Shown here: piece after piece, positions 28,801 to 37,385 of the stretch
How positions within the stretch are numbered: position 1 is the stretch's first letter
How the letters are laid out: the number at the start of each line of letters is the position of its first letter
NCBI GenBank assembly: GCA_963803435.1
Contig: CAWDML010000009.1
Coordinates: 256,001 to 320,000 of the forward strand
From: an uncultured delta proteobacterium
GTDB lineage: Bacteria > Myxococcota > Kuafuiibacteriia > Kuafuiibacteriales > Kuafuiibacteriaceae
Reading direction: 5' to 3'
DNA: 64,000 nucleotides
The notes under the pieces: generated by a model
What the model was told of the DNA's origin: nothing
Databases searched by the model: none
The model's input: the letters and a program-made list of their open reading frames with translations, nothing else
Program-made: the position numbers and the translations under genes

Positions 28801-30780
28801 GACACCCAACAGCGGCGGCTCCAGCATCTCGAGGAGGAGCGGTTCGCGCTGCTGGTGTGGGCGGAGGAGCTCGAGGTCTCGCGACGACTCGCCGAGGAGA
28901 GCGCGGATCGGCTGCGTACCGACTCGGCGCGCCACCAGGTGGCGAGCGAGGAGGCGGCGCTCGAGGCCCGGGTCCTCGACGTGAAGCTGGCCGAGCTTCA
29001 GCGGTCGCTGGGCATGTCCCCCGGCGGCGGCGATGCGGCCGATCGGGAGGCGCTGGAGGCGCGGCTCGCCTTGGTCGAGGTGGAGCGGTCGCGCTTCCGG
29101 GACGAGCTGGTGGCGGCGAAGGGGGCGCTCCTCGACCAGGACGAGCGGATCGATCACCTCGAGCTGACGAACGCGGAGCTCCGTGCGCGGATGGCCGACC
29201 TTCAGGCGCAGGCCCGGGCCGCGGACGCGGAGCTGACCGAGGCCCTCGACTGGTTGACCGCGTCCCAGCGTCGGGCCTCCGCCTCGGAGTCCAAGCTGAA
29301 CCAGGCCGCCAAGGAGCTGCTCGACGTGAACGAGCGGCTGCTCGAGGTGTGCGCGGAGCTGGAGAAGGCGCGCGCCGCGCGGGCGGATCTCGAGTCGAAG
29401 AACGAGCTCCTGGCCGGGGATCTCCAGCGGCTGGACGAGGTCTCGGAGGCGCTCGCCCGCGCGCGCGGAGAGACGGGGGCGCTGAGCGCGGCGCTCGAGG
29501 AGACGCGATCGCTGGCGGAGCGGGCGGAGCGCCGGGCCCGGGAGCTCGAGACCCGCGTCCTCGAGGTCGGACGCCTGCGCGAGCAGCTCCGCGACGCCGC
29601 GCAACGGCTCGCCATGCTGGACGCCGCCGAGCGCGAGGCGCTGGACCTCCGCGGGGAGCTGGCCGGGGCGCAAGCGGAGTCGGCGGACCTGCGCTCGAAG
29701 CTGGAGGCGTCGGTGGCGGAGCTCGGCTGGGCCACCAGCGAGTCCGCGTCGCTCCGCTCGAGGCTGCACGTGAGCGTCAGCCGGGTCACCGAGCTGGAGG
29801 ACGCGCTCGCCAAGGCGCGCGAACGGATCGGCGCCTTGGATGCGGGCACGCGAGAGGCCTCCGAGCTGGCGACGCGGCTCGCCAAGGTGGAGCGCCGGGT
29901 GACGGAGCTCCAGAGCGCGCTGTCCCGGGCGGAGCTCAAGGCGGCCGGGGCCGAGGCAGCCTCGCGGGAGGCGGCCGATCTGCGCGCGAGGCTCCAGGAG
30001 GCGCACCGCAAGGTGGTCGAGCTGGAGTCGCGCCCGAGCGCCGACGGCCTCGAGGAGCGCGCGCGACGCGCCGAGGAGATGCTGGAGCGGGAGACGAACG
30101 CCTCGCGCGAGTCGGAGACGCGCGTGCGTAACGCCGAGCTGATCGCGAAGAACGCCGAGGACCGCGCGAACGCCGCCGTGAACCAGCGGCGGACCGCGGA
30201 GGCCCGCACGCTCGACGCGGAGACCAAGTCGAAGCAGGCCGAGCGCCGGCTGCTCGAGGCCGAGCAACGGGTGAAGCAGCTCGAGGGCCAGCTGGCCGCC
30301 GGCGATCTCGGCGGAGGCGACGAGGCGGCGCCGCTGCGTGCGCTCGTCGCGACGCTGGAGCAGACGCTCGACGATGCCCGCGCCGACGTGGGACGCAAGC
30401 TTGGCGAGCTGCGCTCGGCGCGCGAGGAGCGCGCCCGGATCCAGCACGACCTCGAGGAAGAGAAGCAGCGTCGGGCGGCGCTCGAGGAGAAGCTGTCGCG
30501 TCAGGGCGACGCGGAGCGGCTCAAGGACGAGGTCGATCGCCGAGATCAGCAGATCGCGAGGTTTCGCGCCGACGCTGCCTCGATGATGGCGGAGAAGAGC
30601 CGGCTGCGATCGCTGATCCAGAGCTCCGAGCAGAATCAGGTCCAGCTCGAGCGCAGGATCGCCGAGCTCGAGACCTCGCTGGCCGAGAGCAACCAACAGG
30701 TCGAGCTGTTACGCCGCGATCTCAGCGAGCGTACTGAACGCCTGCGCCGATTGAGCAGCGGCATCAATGAGCCGGGGTGA
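25884..30780 (+). CDS. ~1630-aa protein: methyltransferase-like head plus very long coiled coil (frameshift near 28624)
   Basis: VLEVG..LDFGDAAFEVI..LRRILRPDG class I MTase-like fold; E/R/L/A heptads; deleting one T at 28622-28626 joins the two track ORFs. Confidence 0.78.
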
Positions 30781-31681
30781 ACAGCCCGACTCCGTCCGGG
30801 GACCGTCCTGGATTGACCAGAGGCCTGAACCTGACCATCGTCGGGAGGCCGTGGATCCCGACTTCAGGCCGACCCCCTTGATCCGCCTGGCGCGTTTTTC
30901 ACCCCGGCAGGCGGTCTGGGCGAAGGCCGAGCTGCTGCACCCCTCCGGGAGCGCGTACGACCGGATCGCGCGGCCCCTGCTGGAGCGCGCGGGCGACGTC
31001 CCCGCGGTGGTCGCGGGCGCCGGCTCCGTGTGCCTCGCGTTTTGCCGTGCGGCTGCGCTGCTCCGGCGCGACGTCACCGTCGTCTGCCCCCAGTCCACCG
31101 TCCCCGAACACCTCGAGCTTCTGTCGCAGCATGCGGCGCACGTGGAGACCAGCCCGCGCGAGCTCGGCCTGCTGGGTGCCCATCTTCGCGCTCAGGAGAT
31201 CGTCGAGCGCGAGGGACGCGTGCTCCTGTTCTCGGTGCGCGTCACCCATGCGGCGGCCGAGCTCTTCGCCGACAGCCTCGGCGAGGAGCTCGTGGACGCG
31301 TTCGAGCGCATCGATCCCAAGCCCGCTCACGTGGTGGCGCCGGTGGCCGCCGGAGCGCTCCTCGGCGGGGTCGGGCTGGCGCTCGCACGCGCAGGATTTC
31401 ATGCCGAGCTGGTCGGCGTGGTGCGGCCGGACGTGGAGAGCCTGCAGGACGGCACGGTCGAGGGGAGCGAGGTGCTCGACGAGGCGATCGTGAAGGTCGC
31501 GGTCTCCGATCGAGAGGCGTTCGAGACGCGGCTGGCGCTGGCCCGGACCGAAGGGATGCTGGTCGGCATGGGCTCGGCGGCGGCCGTCCGCGTCGCGGTG
31601 GCCCGCGCCGAGCCCTCGATCGCGATCGTGGTGGACGCCGGCGACCGCTACTTCTCCGTCGATCGGAGGCTCACCGCGTGA
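30767..31681 (+). CDS. Cysteine synthase-like protein lacking the PLP-binding lysine
   Basis: TPLIRL, AKAELLHPSGSAYDR (Y in place of K), EGMLVGMGS, DAGDRYFS. Confidence 0.8.
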   Translation: MSRGEQPDSVRGPSWIDQRPEPDHRREAVDPDFRPTPLIRLARFSPRQAVWAKAELLHPSGSAYDRIARPLLERAGDVPAVVAGAGSVCLAFCRAAALLRRDVTVVCPQSTVPEHLELLSQHAAHVETSPRELGLLGAHLRAQEIVEREGRVLLFSVRVTHAAAELFADSLGEELVDAFERIDPKPAHVVAPVAAGALLGGVGLALARAGFHAELVGVVRPDVESLQDGTVEGSEVLDEAIVKVAVSDREAFETRLALARTEGMLVGMGSAAAVRVAVARAEPSIAIVVDAGDRYFSVDRRLTA

Positions 31682-32671
31682 GGCTCCTGGTGATCGGCGC
31701 CGGCGGGCTCGGCGCCCCGGCTCTCCTCGGCCTGGGCGCGCGAGGGTTCCAGAGCTTGACGCTCCTCGATCCGGATCGCGTCGAGCTCCAGAATCTTCAC
31801 CGGCAGATCTTGTATCGTGAGCGCGACGTGGGACGCCCGAAGGTCGAGTGTGCCGCGGCGGCCCTCGCGTCGTATTTTCCGGGGATCGAGATCGACGCGC
31901 GTCCCGTCGCGTTCTGCGCCGAGAACCGCAACCTGGTCGCGGAGCACGAGGTGGTGCTGGACGCGACCGACGGCTTCGAGACCAAGCTCGCCCTCAACGA
32001 CGCCTGCGTCGATCACGGCGTGCCGTACGTCTTCGGCGGGGTGGTCGGCCACGAGGGACAGGCCATGGCCGTCCTCCCCGGGGTGTCGGCGTGCGTGCGC
32101 TGCCTGTTCGAGGAGGCGCCCCCCCCGGGCGCCGCGCCCACCTGCGCCGAGCTGGGCATCCTGGGTCCGGTGGCCGGGATCGTCGCGGCCAAGCAGGTCG
32201 AGCTCGCGGTCGCGCTGGCGGCGGGCGAGCGCGCCGTGCTCGATCGGATCTGGATCTACGACGGACAGCGCGATCGCGCGCGGGACGTGGCGCTCCGCCG
32301 CGCCTCGGACTGCCGCGGTTGCGGATTCGAGCCGGCACCTGCGCGGCGCGGCCGAGTCCTTCGACGGCGCGCCCGAGGCGGTGGTCGCGCCCGAGCTCGA
32401 CCTTTGCGGCCTGACCTGTCCCCATACGTTCATACGGACCCACCGCGCGCTCTCGGGTCTCGACCGGGGCGGGCGGCTCTGGGTCCTGCTGTCGAGCGAC
32501 GAGGCGGCGCGCAACGTGCCCAGGAGCGCCATCGCGGGAGGCCATCGCGTGCTGGCCCGCCTATCGGATGGCCGCGTTCATCGAGTGTTGATCGAGCGCG
32601 GCGAAGGAGAATCAGCCCATGACGATTACGGTCAGAATCCCCACTCCGCTCAGGAAGTTCACGAGCGGTAA
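31678..32671 (+). CDS. ThiF/MoeB E1-like adenylyltransferase fused to a TusA domain (frameshift near 32326; 3' end uncertain)
   Basis: GAGGLG, NLHRQ, CVRC, TCAELG, CRGC; then ELDLCGLTCPHTF TusA motif. Confidence 0.82.
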
Positions 32672-32894
32672 CGAGAAGGTCGAGATCGCCGGCCGCACCG
32701 TCCGCGCGGTACTCGAAGGCCTCGAGAAGGCGCACCCCGGGATCAAGGAGCGGATTTGCGAGACCGACGGCACGCCGAAGCGCTTCGTCAACCTCTACTA
32801 CAAGGAGGAGGACATCCGCTTCTTGAAGGGCGTCGACACCGAGCTCGACGACGGGAGTGAGCTCAGCATCGTCCCCGCGATCGCCGGTGGCTGA
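32619..32894 (+). CDS. MoaD/ThiS/CysO-type ubiquitin-like sulfur carrier
   Basis: VRIPTPLR N-terminus, C-terminal AIAGG; RBS AAGGAG. Confidence 0.93.
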   Translation: MTITVRIPTPLRKFTSGNEKVEIAGRTVRAVLEGLEKAHPGIKERICETDGTPKRFVNLYYKEEDIRFLKGVDTELDDGSELSIVPAIAGG

Positions 32895-33257
32895 TGGACC
32901 GCTCCGATCGATATGCCCGACAGGTCGCCGTCCCGGGCGTGGGAGAGGCGGGTCAGCGCCGGATTGCCGCGGCCGAGGTCGAGGTGGTCGGCGCGGATTC
33001 TGGCCGCGGAGATCTGCGCGCTCTACCTGGCGGGCGCCGGCGTCGGTCGGCTCACCGTGAGCCCGTCGCTCGCCGCACGCGTGGCCGGCGCCAACTCGGA
33101 GGTGCGGGTCATCGAAGGGACGGAGGCGGGTGTCTTCGCAGTCCGCCTGATCGCGCCGCCCGCGGGCCTTCACGTAGAGCCGGGCGTCGATCCCTTGCTC
33201 TCGGGTGCGCGGGCGGCAAGATGGGCCCTGGCGCGCCTGCTCGGAGGTGACGCATGA
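32894..33257 (+). CDS. Short degenerate ThiF/MoeB-like protein (frameshift near 32998)
   Basis: RYARQ..VGEAGQRRI, LYLAGAGVGRL; lacks GxGxxG, NLxRQ and Zn-binding Cys pairs. Confidence 0.7.
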
Positions 33258-34174
33258 GTCGCTCGGCTCCGATCCTCGGCTCGATCGCAGAGGCCGTCGG
33301 CGACACGCCGCTGGTCCGGCTGCGCCGGATCGAGGAACAGGCCCACGGCACCGAGATCTGGGCCAAGCTCGAGTTCATGAACCCGGGCGGGAGCGTGAAG
33401 GACCGACCCGCGCTCCAGATGATCCTCGACGCCGAGGCGGCCGGGGTCCTCGAGCCCGGGATGTCGATCATCGACTCGACGAGCGGCAACACCGGCGTGG
33501 CGCTGGCGCTCTACGGTGCCGCCCGCGGCTATCGCGTGGTCCTGGTGATGCCCGAGAACGTCTCCTCGGCGCGAAAGAACATGCTCCGGGCGTTCGGTGC
33601 GGAGATCGTCTACAGCGATCCGATGGAGGGCTCCGACGGCGCGATCCTGGCGGTGCGCCGCATGGTCTCGGAGCACCCGGGCCGCTACCTGTACACCAAC
33701 CAGTACGCCAACCCGTCCAACCCGCGTGCTCATTACCTGCACACCGCGGAGGAGATCATCCGGGTGCTCGGCGACCGGCTCACCCACTTCGTGGCGGGGA
33801 TCGGGACCAGCGGGACGGTGATGGGCAATGGACGCCGGCTTCGCGAGCACAGCCAGCGGATCCAGATCATCGGGGTCGAGCCGGACGACGAGTTTCACGG
33901 GCTCGAAGGGCTCAAGTACATCCGCACTTCGATCGTGCCGGACATCTACGACGAGTCGGTGCTGCATCGAACGATCTTTCTCGACACGGATCGCGGCTGG
34001 AACGTGTCCGAGATGCTGGCCAACGAGGAAGGACTGCTGGTGGGACACTCGGCGGGCGCTGCAGTGGCGGCGGCGATGCAGGTGGCGGACGAGCTGTACA
34101 GCGAGGGGAAGACGGGCGTGATCGCGTGCGTCCTTCCCGATCACGCGTCCCGATACGTGGAGGTGAAGCCGTGA
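33254..34174 (+). CDS. cysM: PLP-dependent cysteine synthase, CysM type
   Basis: NPGGSVKDRPA, TSGNTG, NQYANPSN, GIGTSGT. Confidence 0.88.
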   Translation: MSRSAPILGSIAEAVGDTPLVRLRRIEEQAHGTEIWAKLEFMNPGGSVKDRPALQMILDAEAAGVLEPGMSIIDSTSGNTGVALALYGAARGYRVVLVMPENVSSARKNMLRAFGAEIVYSDPMEGSDGAILAVRRMVSEHPGRYLYTNQYANPSNPRAHYLHTAEEIIRVLGDRLTHFVAGIGTSGTVMGNGRRLREHSQRIQIIGVEPDDEFHGLEGLKYIRTSIVPDIYDESVLHRTIFLDTDRGWNVSEMLANEEGLLVGHSAGAAVAAAMQVADELYSEGKTGVIACVLPDHASRYVEVKP

Positions 34175-35415
34175 AGGTCTTCGACCTGGAGCTCACCGAC
34201 GACCACATCGATGCGATCGCCGCGCACGGCGAGCGCGACTATCCGAACGAGGCGTGCGGCCTGGTCCTGGGCCGACCGGGCGACGCCGCCCTCGAGCGGG
34301 TGGTGCCGATGAAGAACGTCCAGGACCGCTACCACCAGCGCGATCCCGAGCAGTTCCCGCGGACGAGCCGCGACGCCTTTCGTCTCGACGAGCTCGAGCG
34401 CATGCGGCTCCTCGACGGCGCGGCGGGCCTCGTCGAGCGCGTCCTCTATCACTCGCATTGCGACGCGGGGGCGTACTTCTCCCCCGAGGATCGGGCGGCG
34501 GCGATCCATCAGGACGTCGAGCTGATGCCGGGCGTGGTCAACGTGGTGGTCTCGGTCCGCGAGGGCAAGGCGCGCGACATGGCCGCCTACCGCTGGGACG
34601 CGGCCGTGAAGCAGTTCCGCGAGGTCCGCATCCGCATCGATCCGGGCGCGCCCGCGCTGCCGGACCTCGAGCTCCGGGCCATGGAGGGCCGCGAGTCGGC
34701 GCGCCCGATCCGACCGATGGGCGGGCGTCTGGGGTTGCGCCGCCTGGGCATGGTGGAGGCGACGACGCTGGCGACGCTGGCCGAGGGTCGTCGCATCGCG
34801 CTGGAGACGCAGGATCAGGTCGAAGACCTGCGTTGCTTCGAGCGCGGCTTCTTCTCTCCGCTGACCGGCTTCATGCGGAGCGCGGACGTCTTCTCGGTCG
34901 ACTCCAAGGGGCGACTCCAGAAGGGGACGCCCTGGCGGACGCCGCTCCGGCTCGAGCTGGCCAAGAAGGCGGTGCCCGCGGTCGCGGCCGGCGCGGTGAT
35001 GGAGTTGGCGTCGCCGTCGGGTGTCCCGACGGCGCTGATGGCGGTGGTCTCGATCGAGGTGGTGAAGGACCGCGTGTTCCTCGGCGGGCCGGTCTACGTC
35101 TACCCGTCGGAGGGGCTCGACGCCGCCGAGTGCCGGGCCGCCCTGCTCAGGCACCAGGCGAAGACCGTGCTGGCGGTGGGCCCGGCGCTCATCGAGAAGG
35201 CGGCGAAGGTCGAGCTCGGGATGTTCGACGCGCTCCTCGCCCGGGCCCAGGTGGGCGATTCCACCACTCTCCCCTACGCCGGCTGCCATCGGGGCGAATG
35301 GCTGGCCGCAGCGGCTGCGCAGAATGCCGGCGCCACCCACGTCTGGGTCGAGGATCAGAGCATCGCCAGGCAGATCGAGGATACGCTCGAGATCAGGCCG
35401 TGGCAGCCCGAGTGA
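34171..35415 (+). CDS. JAB/Mov34 (Mec-like) peptidase fused to a degenerate ATP sulfurylase-like domain
   Basis: YPNEACG and YHSHCDAGAYFSPED JAMM motif; C-terminal GFFSPLTGFM..RLQKGTPW, LGGPV, YAG..QNAGATH. Confidence 0.8.
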   Translation: MKVFDLELTDDHIDAIAAHGERDYPNEACGLVLGRPGDAALERVVPMKNVQDRYHQRDPEQFPRTSRDAFRLDELERMRLLDGAAGLVERVLYHSHCDAGAYFSPEDRAAAIHQDVELMPGVVNVVVSVREGKARDMAAYRWDAAVKQFREVRIRIDPGAPALPDLELRAMEGRESARPIRPMGGRLGLRRLGMVEATTLATLAEGRRIALETQDQVEDLRCFERGFFSPLTGFMRSADVFSVDSKGRLQKGTPWRTPLRLELAKKAVPAVAAGAVMELASPSGVPTALMAVVSIEVVKDRVFLGGPVYVYPSEGLDAAECRAALLRHQAKTVLAVGPALIEKAAKVELGMFDALLARAQVGDSTTLPYAGCHRGEWLAAAAAQNAGATHVWVEDQSIARQIEDTLEIRPWQPE

Positions 35416-36467
35416 TCCGCATCCGCATCTCCTCCCGCGGACGGGTGGAGTACTTCGACCTCGACGGCGCCGACGCCGTCCTCGGCAAGGGTGACGGCGC
35501 CGCGCTCTCGATCGACCACCCGTCGATCGCCCGGCGCCACGCCCGGCTGCTCCTTCGGCGCGGGCGTCTGATCCTCGCCGAGCTCGGCGGCCTGGTGGTC
35601 CGAGGCGGTGAGCGGCTGCGGGCGGCCACCACGCTGGAGGAGGGCGAGGCGTTCCGCCTGGGTGACGTCGAGGCGGCCGCCTGGGTGCGCGAGCCCGCGC
35701 TGTCGGGCCGCCTCTTCGACCGGGTGCTGCTCCTCGCCGAGTGCGATCCGATCGTGGGCGGCACGCGGCGTTATCACGCGACCCACGAGGGACGGAGCGC
35801 CGAGGTGACGGTCCTCGAGCCCGGGGCCTTCGCGCCGCACGAGCTCGCGGAATGGTCGGCGCGTCTCGAGCAGACACGCCGCCTCGCGCCGCCGCTCCTG
35901 GCTTCGGGCGCGCTCGATGGCCGCCCCGCGATCGCCGAGCGGGTACCGGTCGGGATCCGGGTGTCGTCGCTGCTCGACAACCTCGAGTCGGGGCGGGTCG
36001 CGGTGTCGCTCGAGGTGGCGCTGGCGGTCGTGCGGCGGCTCGCCGAGTCCCTCTCCTCGATCCACCACGCCGACGGGCCGCACGCCGGCCTGGTCCCGGG
36101 GGCCGTTCAGCTGGGGCTCGACGGTGATGTGGTCCTGCTCCGGCCCGGTCCGCGTCCGATGGACCCTCGGCACCACGATCGCTGGTCCTCCCCCACGCGG
36201 CGGATGAACCTACCGCCGTCGATCGCGGACGACGCGTACGCGCTGGCGCGGCTCGGCGAGGCCCTGGCCGGGAAGGCGGCGCTCCAGGACGCGCTCGCCG
36301 GCAGTGCGTCGATCCGGACCCGCGGCGCCTTCGTGGAGTGGACGGCCGCCCTGCTGCCGCTCTGCGATCGACTGCAGGTGGATCCGTCGGCGGCCCACGT
36401 CGCTCGGGTGGTCCGCCTGCTGTCGGATCGAGCACGACCGCTGGCGAAGCGGGATCGTTCCCGCTAG
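35412..36467 (+). CDS. FHA-like domain plus pseudokinase
   Basis: LGKG..IDHPSIARRHARL; kinase-like C-lobe HAGLVPGAVQLGLDG..DDAYAL without HRD/DFG. Confidence 0.65.
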   Translation: MIRIRISSRGRVEYFDLDGADAVLGKGDGAALSIDHPSIARRHARLLLRRGRLILAELGGLVVRGGERLRAATTLEEGEAFRLGDVEAAAWVREPALSGRLFDRVLLLAECDPIVGGTRRYHATHEGRSAEVTVLEPGAFAPHELAEWSARLEQTRRLAPPLLASGALDGRPAIAERVPVGIRVSSLLDNLESGRVAVSLEVALAVVRRLAESLSSIHHADGPHAGLVPGAVQLGLDGDVVLLRPGPRPMDPRHHDRWSSPTRRMNLPPSIADDAYALARLGEALAGKAALQDALAGSASIRTRGAFVEWTAALLPLCDRLQVDPSAAHVARVVRLLSDRARPLAKRDRSR

Positions 36468-36479
36468 GCTCGCTCGGCC

Positions 36480-37355
36480 GTGCCGATCGCCGTCAGCGAG
36501 CTCACCGACGAGGTCCGCGACAAGCACGCGCGGCTCCAGGCGCTCCTGGCCTCCTTCCAGCAGGTGGTCGTCGCGTACAGCGGCGGCGTCGACTCCGCGT
36601 TCCTGGCCCGCGTGGCGCACGATGTGCTGGGGACCGCCGCGCTGGCGCTGACCGCGCGCTCCGCCTCGCTGATGGAGGTCGAGCTCGAGGAGGCGGCCGC
36701 GCTGGCGAGGTCAATCGGGATCGAGCACCGCGTCGTGGAGACGCACGAGCTCGAGCGCGAAGACTACGTGAAGAACGAGCTGTCCCGCTGCTACTTCTGC
36801 AAGGACGAGCTCTTCGACGCCGCGGCGCTGGTGGCCCACGCGTTCGGCGAGGCCGCCGTCGTCGACGGCTTCAACGCCGACGATCTCTCCGATCACCGGC
36901 CCGGTCATCGCGCCGCCGAGGAGCACCACGTCCGCCACCCCCTCGCCGAGGTCGGCCTGGCGAAGGCGGAGATCCGGGCGCTCTCTCGGTCGCTCGGGCT
37001 GGCGACCTGGAACAAGCCGCAGCTCGCCTGTCTCTCCAGCCGCCTCCCCTACGGGGTGAGCGTGACGCCGGAGCGGCTGAGCCGGGTGGAGCGGGTCGAG
37101 GGGGCGGTGCGGGGCCTGGGGTTCTTCGACGTCCGGGCCCGCCTGGTGAAGGACAACGACGACCTGGTCCGCATCGAGGTGGGTGAGGACGAGCTTCCCC
37201 GAGCGGTCGAGCCGGACAACCGGCGGCGGATCCTGGCGGCCGCCCACGAGGCGGGCTTCCGCTTCATTACGCTGGATCTGGAAGGTTTCCGCAGCGGAAG
37301 GCTCAACGAAGGCCTGGTTCGGCTGCGCGGTCGGTCTGGCGGCCGCTTGACGTGA
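36480..37355 (+). CDS. larE: LarE-family ATP-dependent sulfur transferase
   Basis: PP-loop AYSGGVDS, RCYFCK, DHRPG, ACLSSR, LDLEGFRSG. Confidence 0.88.
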   Translation: MPIAVSELTDEVRDKHARLQALLASFQQVVVAYSGGVDSAFLARVAHDVLGTAALALTARSASLMEVELEEAAALARSIGIEHRVVETHELEREDYVKNELSRCYFCKDELFDAAALVAHAFGEAAVVDGFNADDLSDHRPGHRAAEEHHVRHPLAEVGLAKAEIRALSRSLGLATWNKPQLACLSSRLPYGVSVTPERLSRVERVEGAVRGLGFFDVRARLVKDNDDLVRIEVGEDELPRAVEPDNRRRILAAAHEAGFRFITLDLEGFRSGRLNEGLVRLRGRSGGRLT

Positions 37356-37385
37356 CGTCGGGGTGGTCCCGAGACTCGCGGGACG

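Noticed and set aside
26600-30780. Recurrent GAGCTCGAG/CTCGAG words suggesting a repeat array or CRISPR
   Set aside because: Glu/Leu codons of a coiled coil; no constant repeat-spacer period
33205-34170. N-terminal extension of the JAB ORF
   Set aside because: Off-frame overlap with cysM; the real start is GTG 34171
32619-35415. Anti-phage ubiquitin-like system (Bil or CBASS Cap2/Cap3 type)
   Set aside because: No E2 or CD-NTase gene is present; CysM, TusA and LarE point to sulfur transfer
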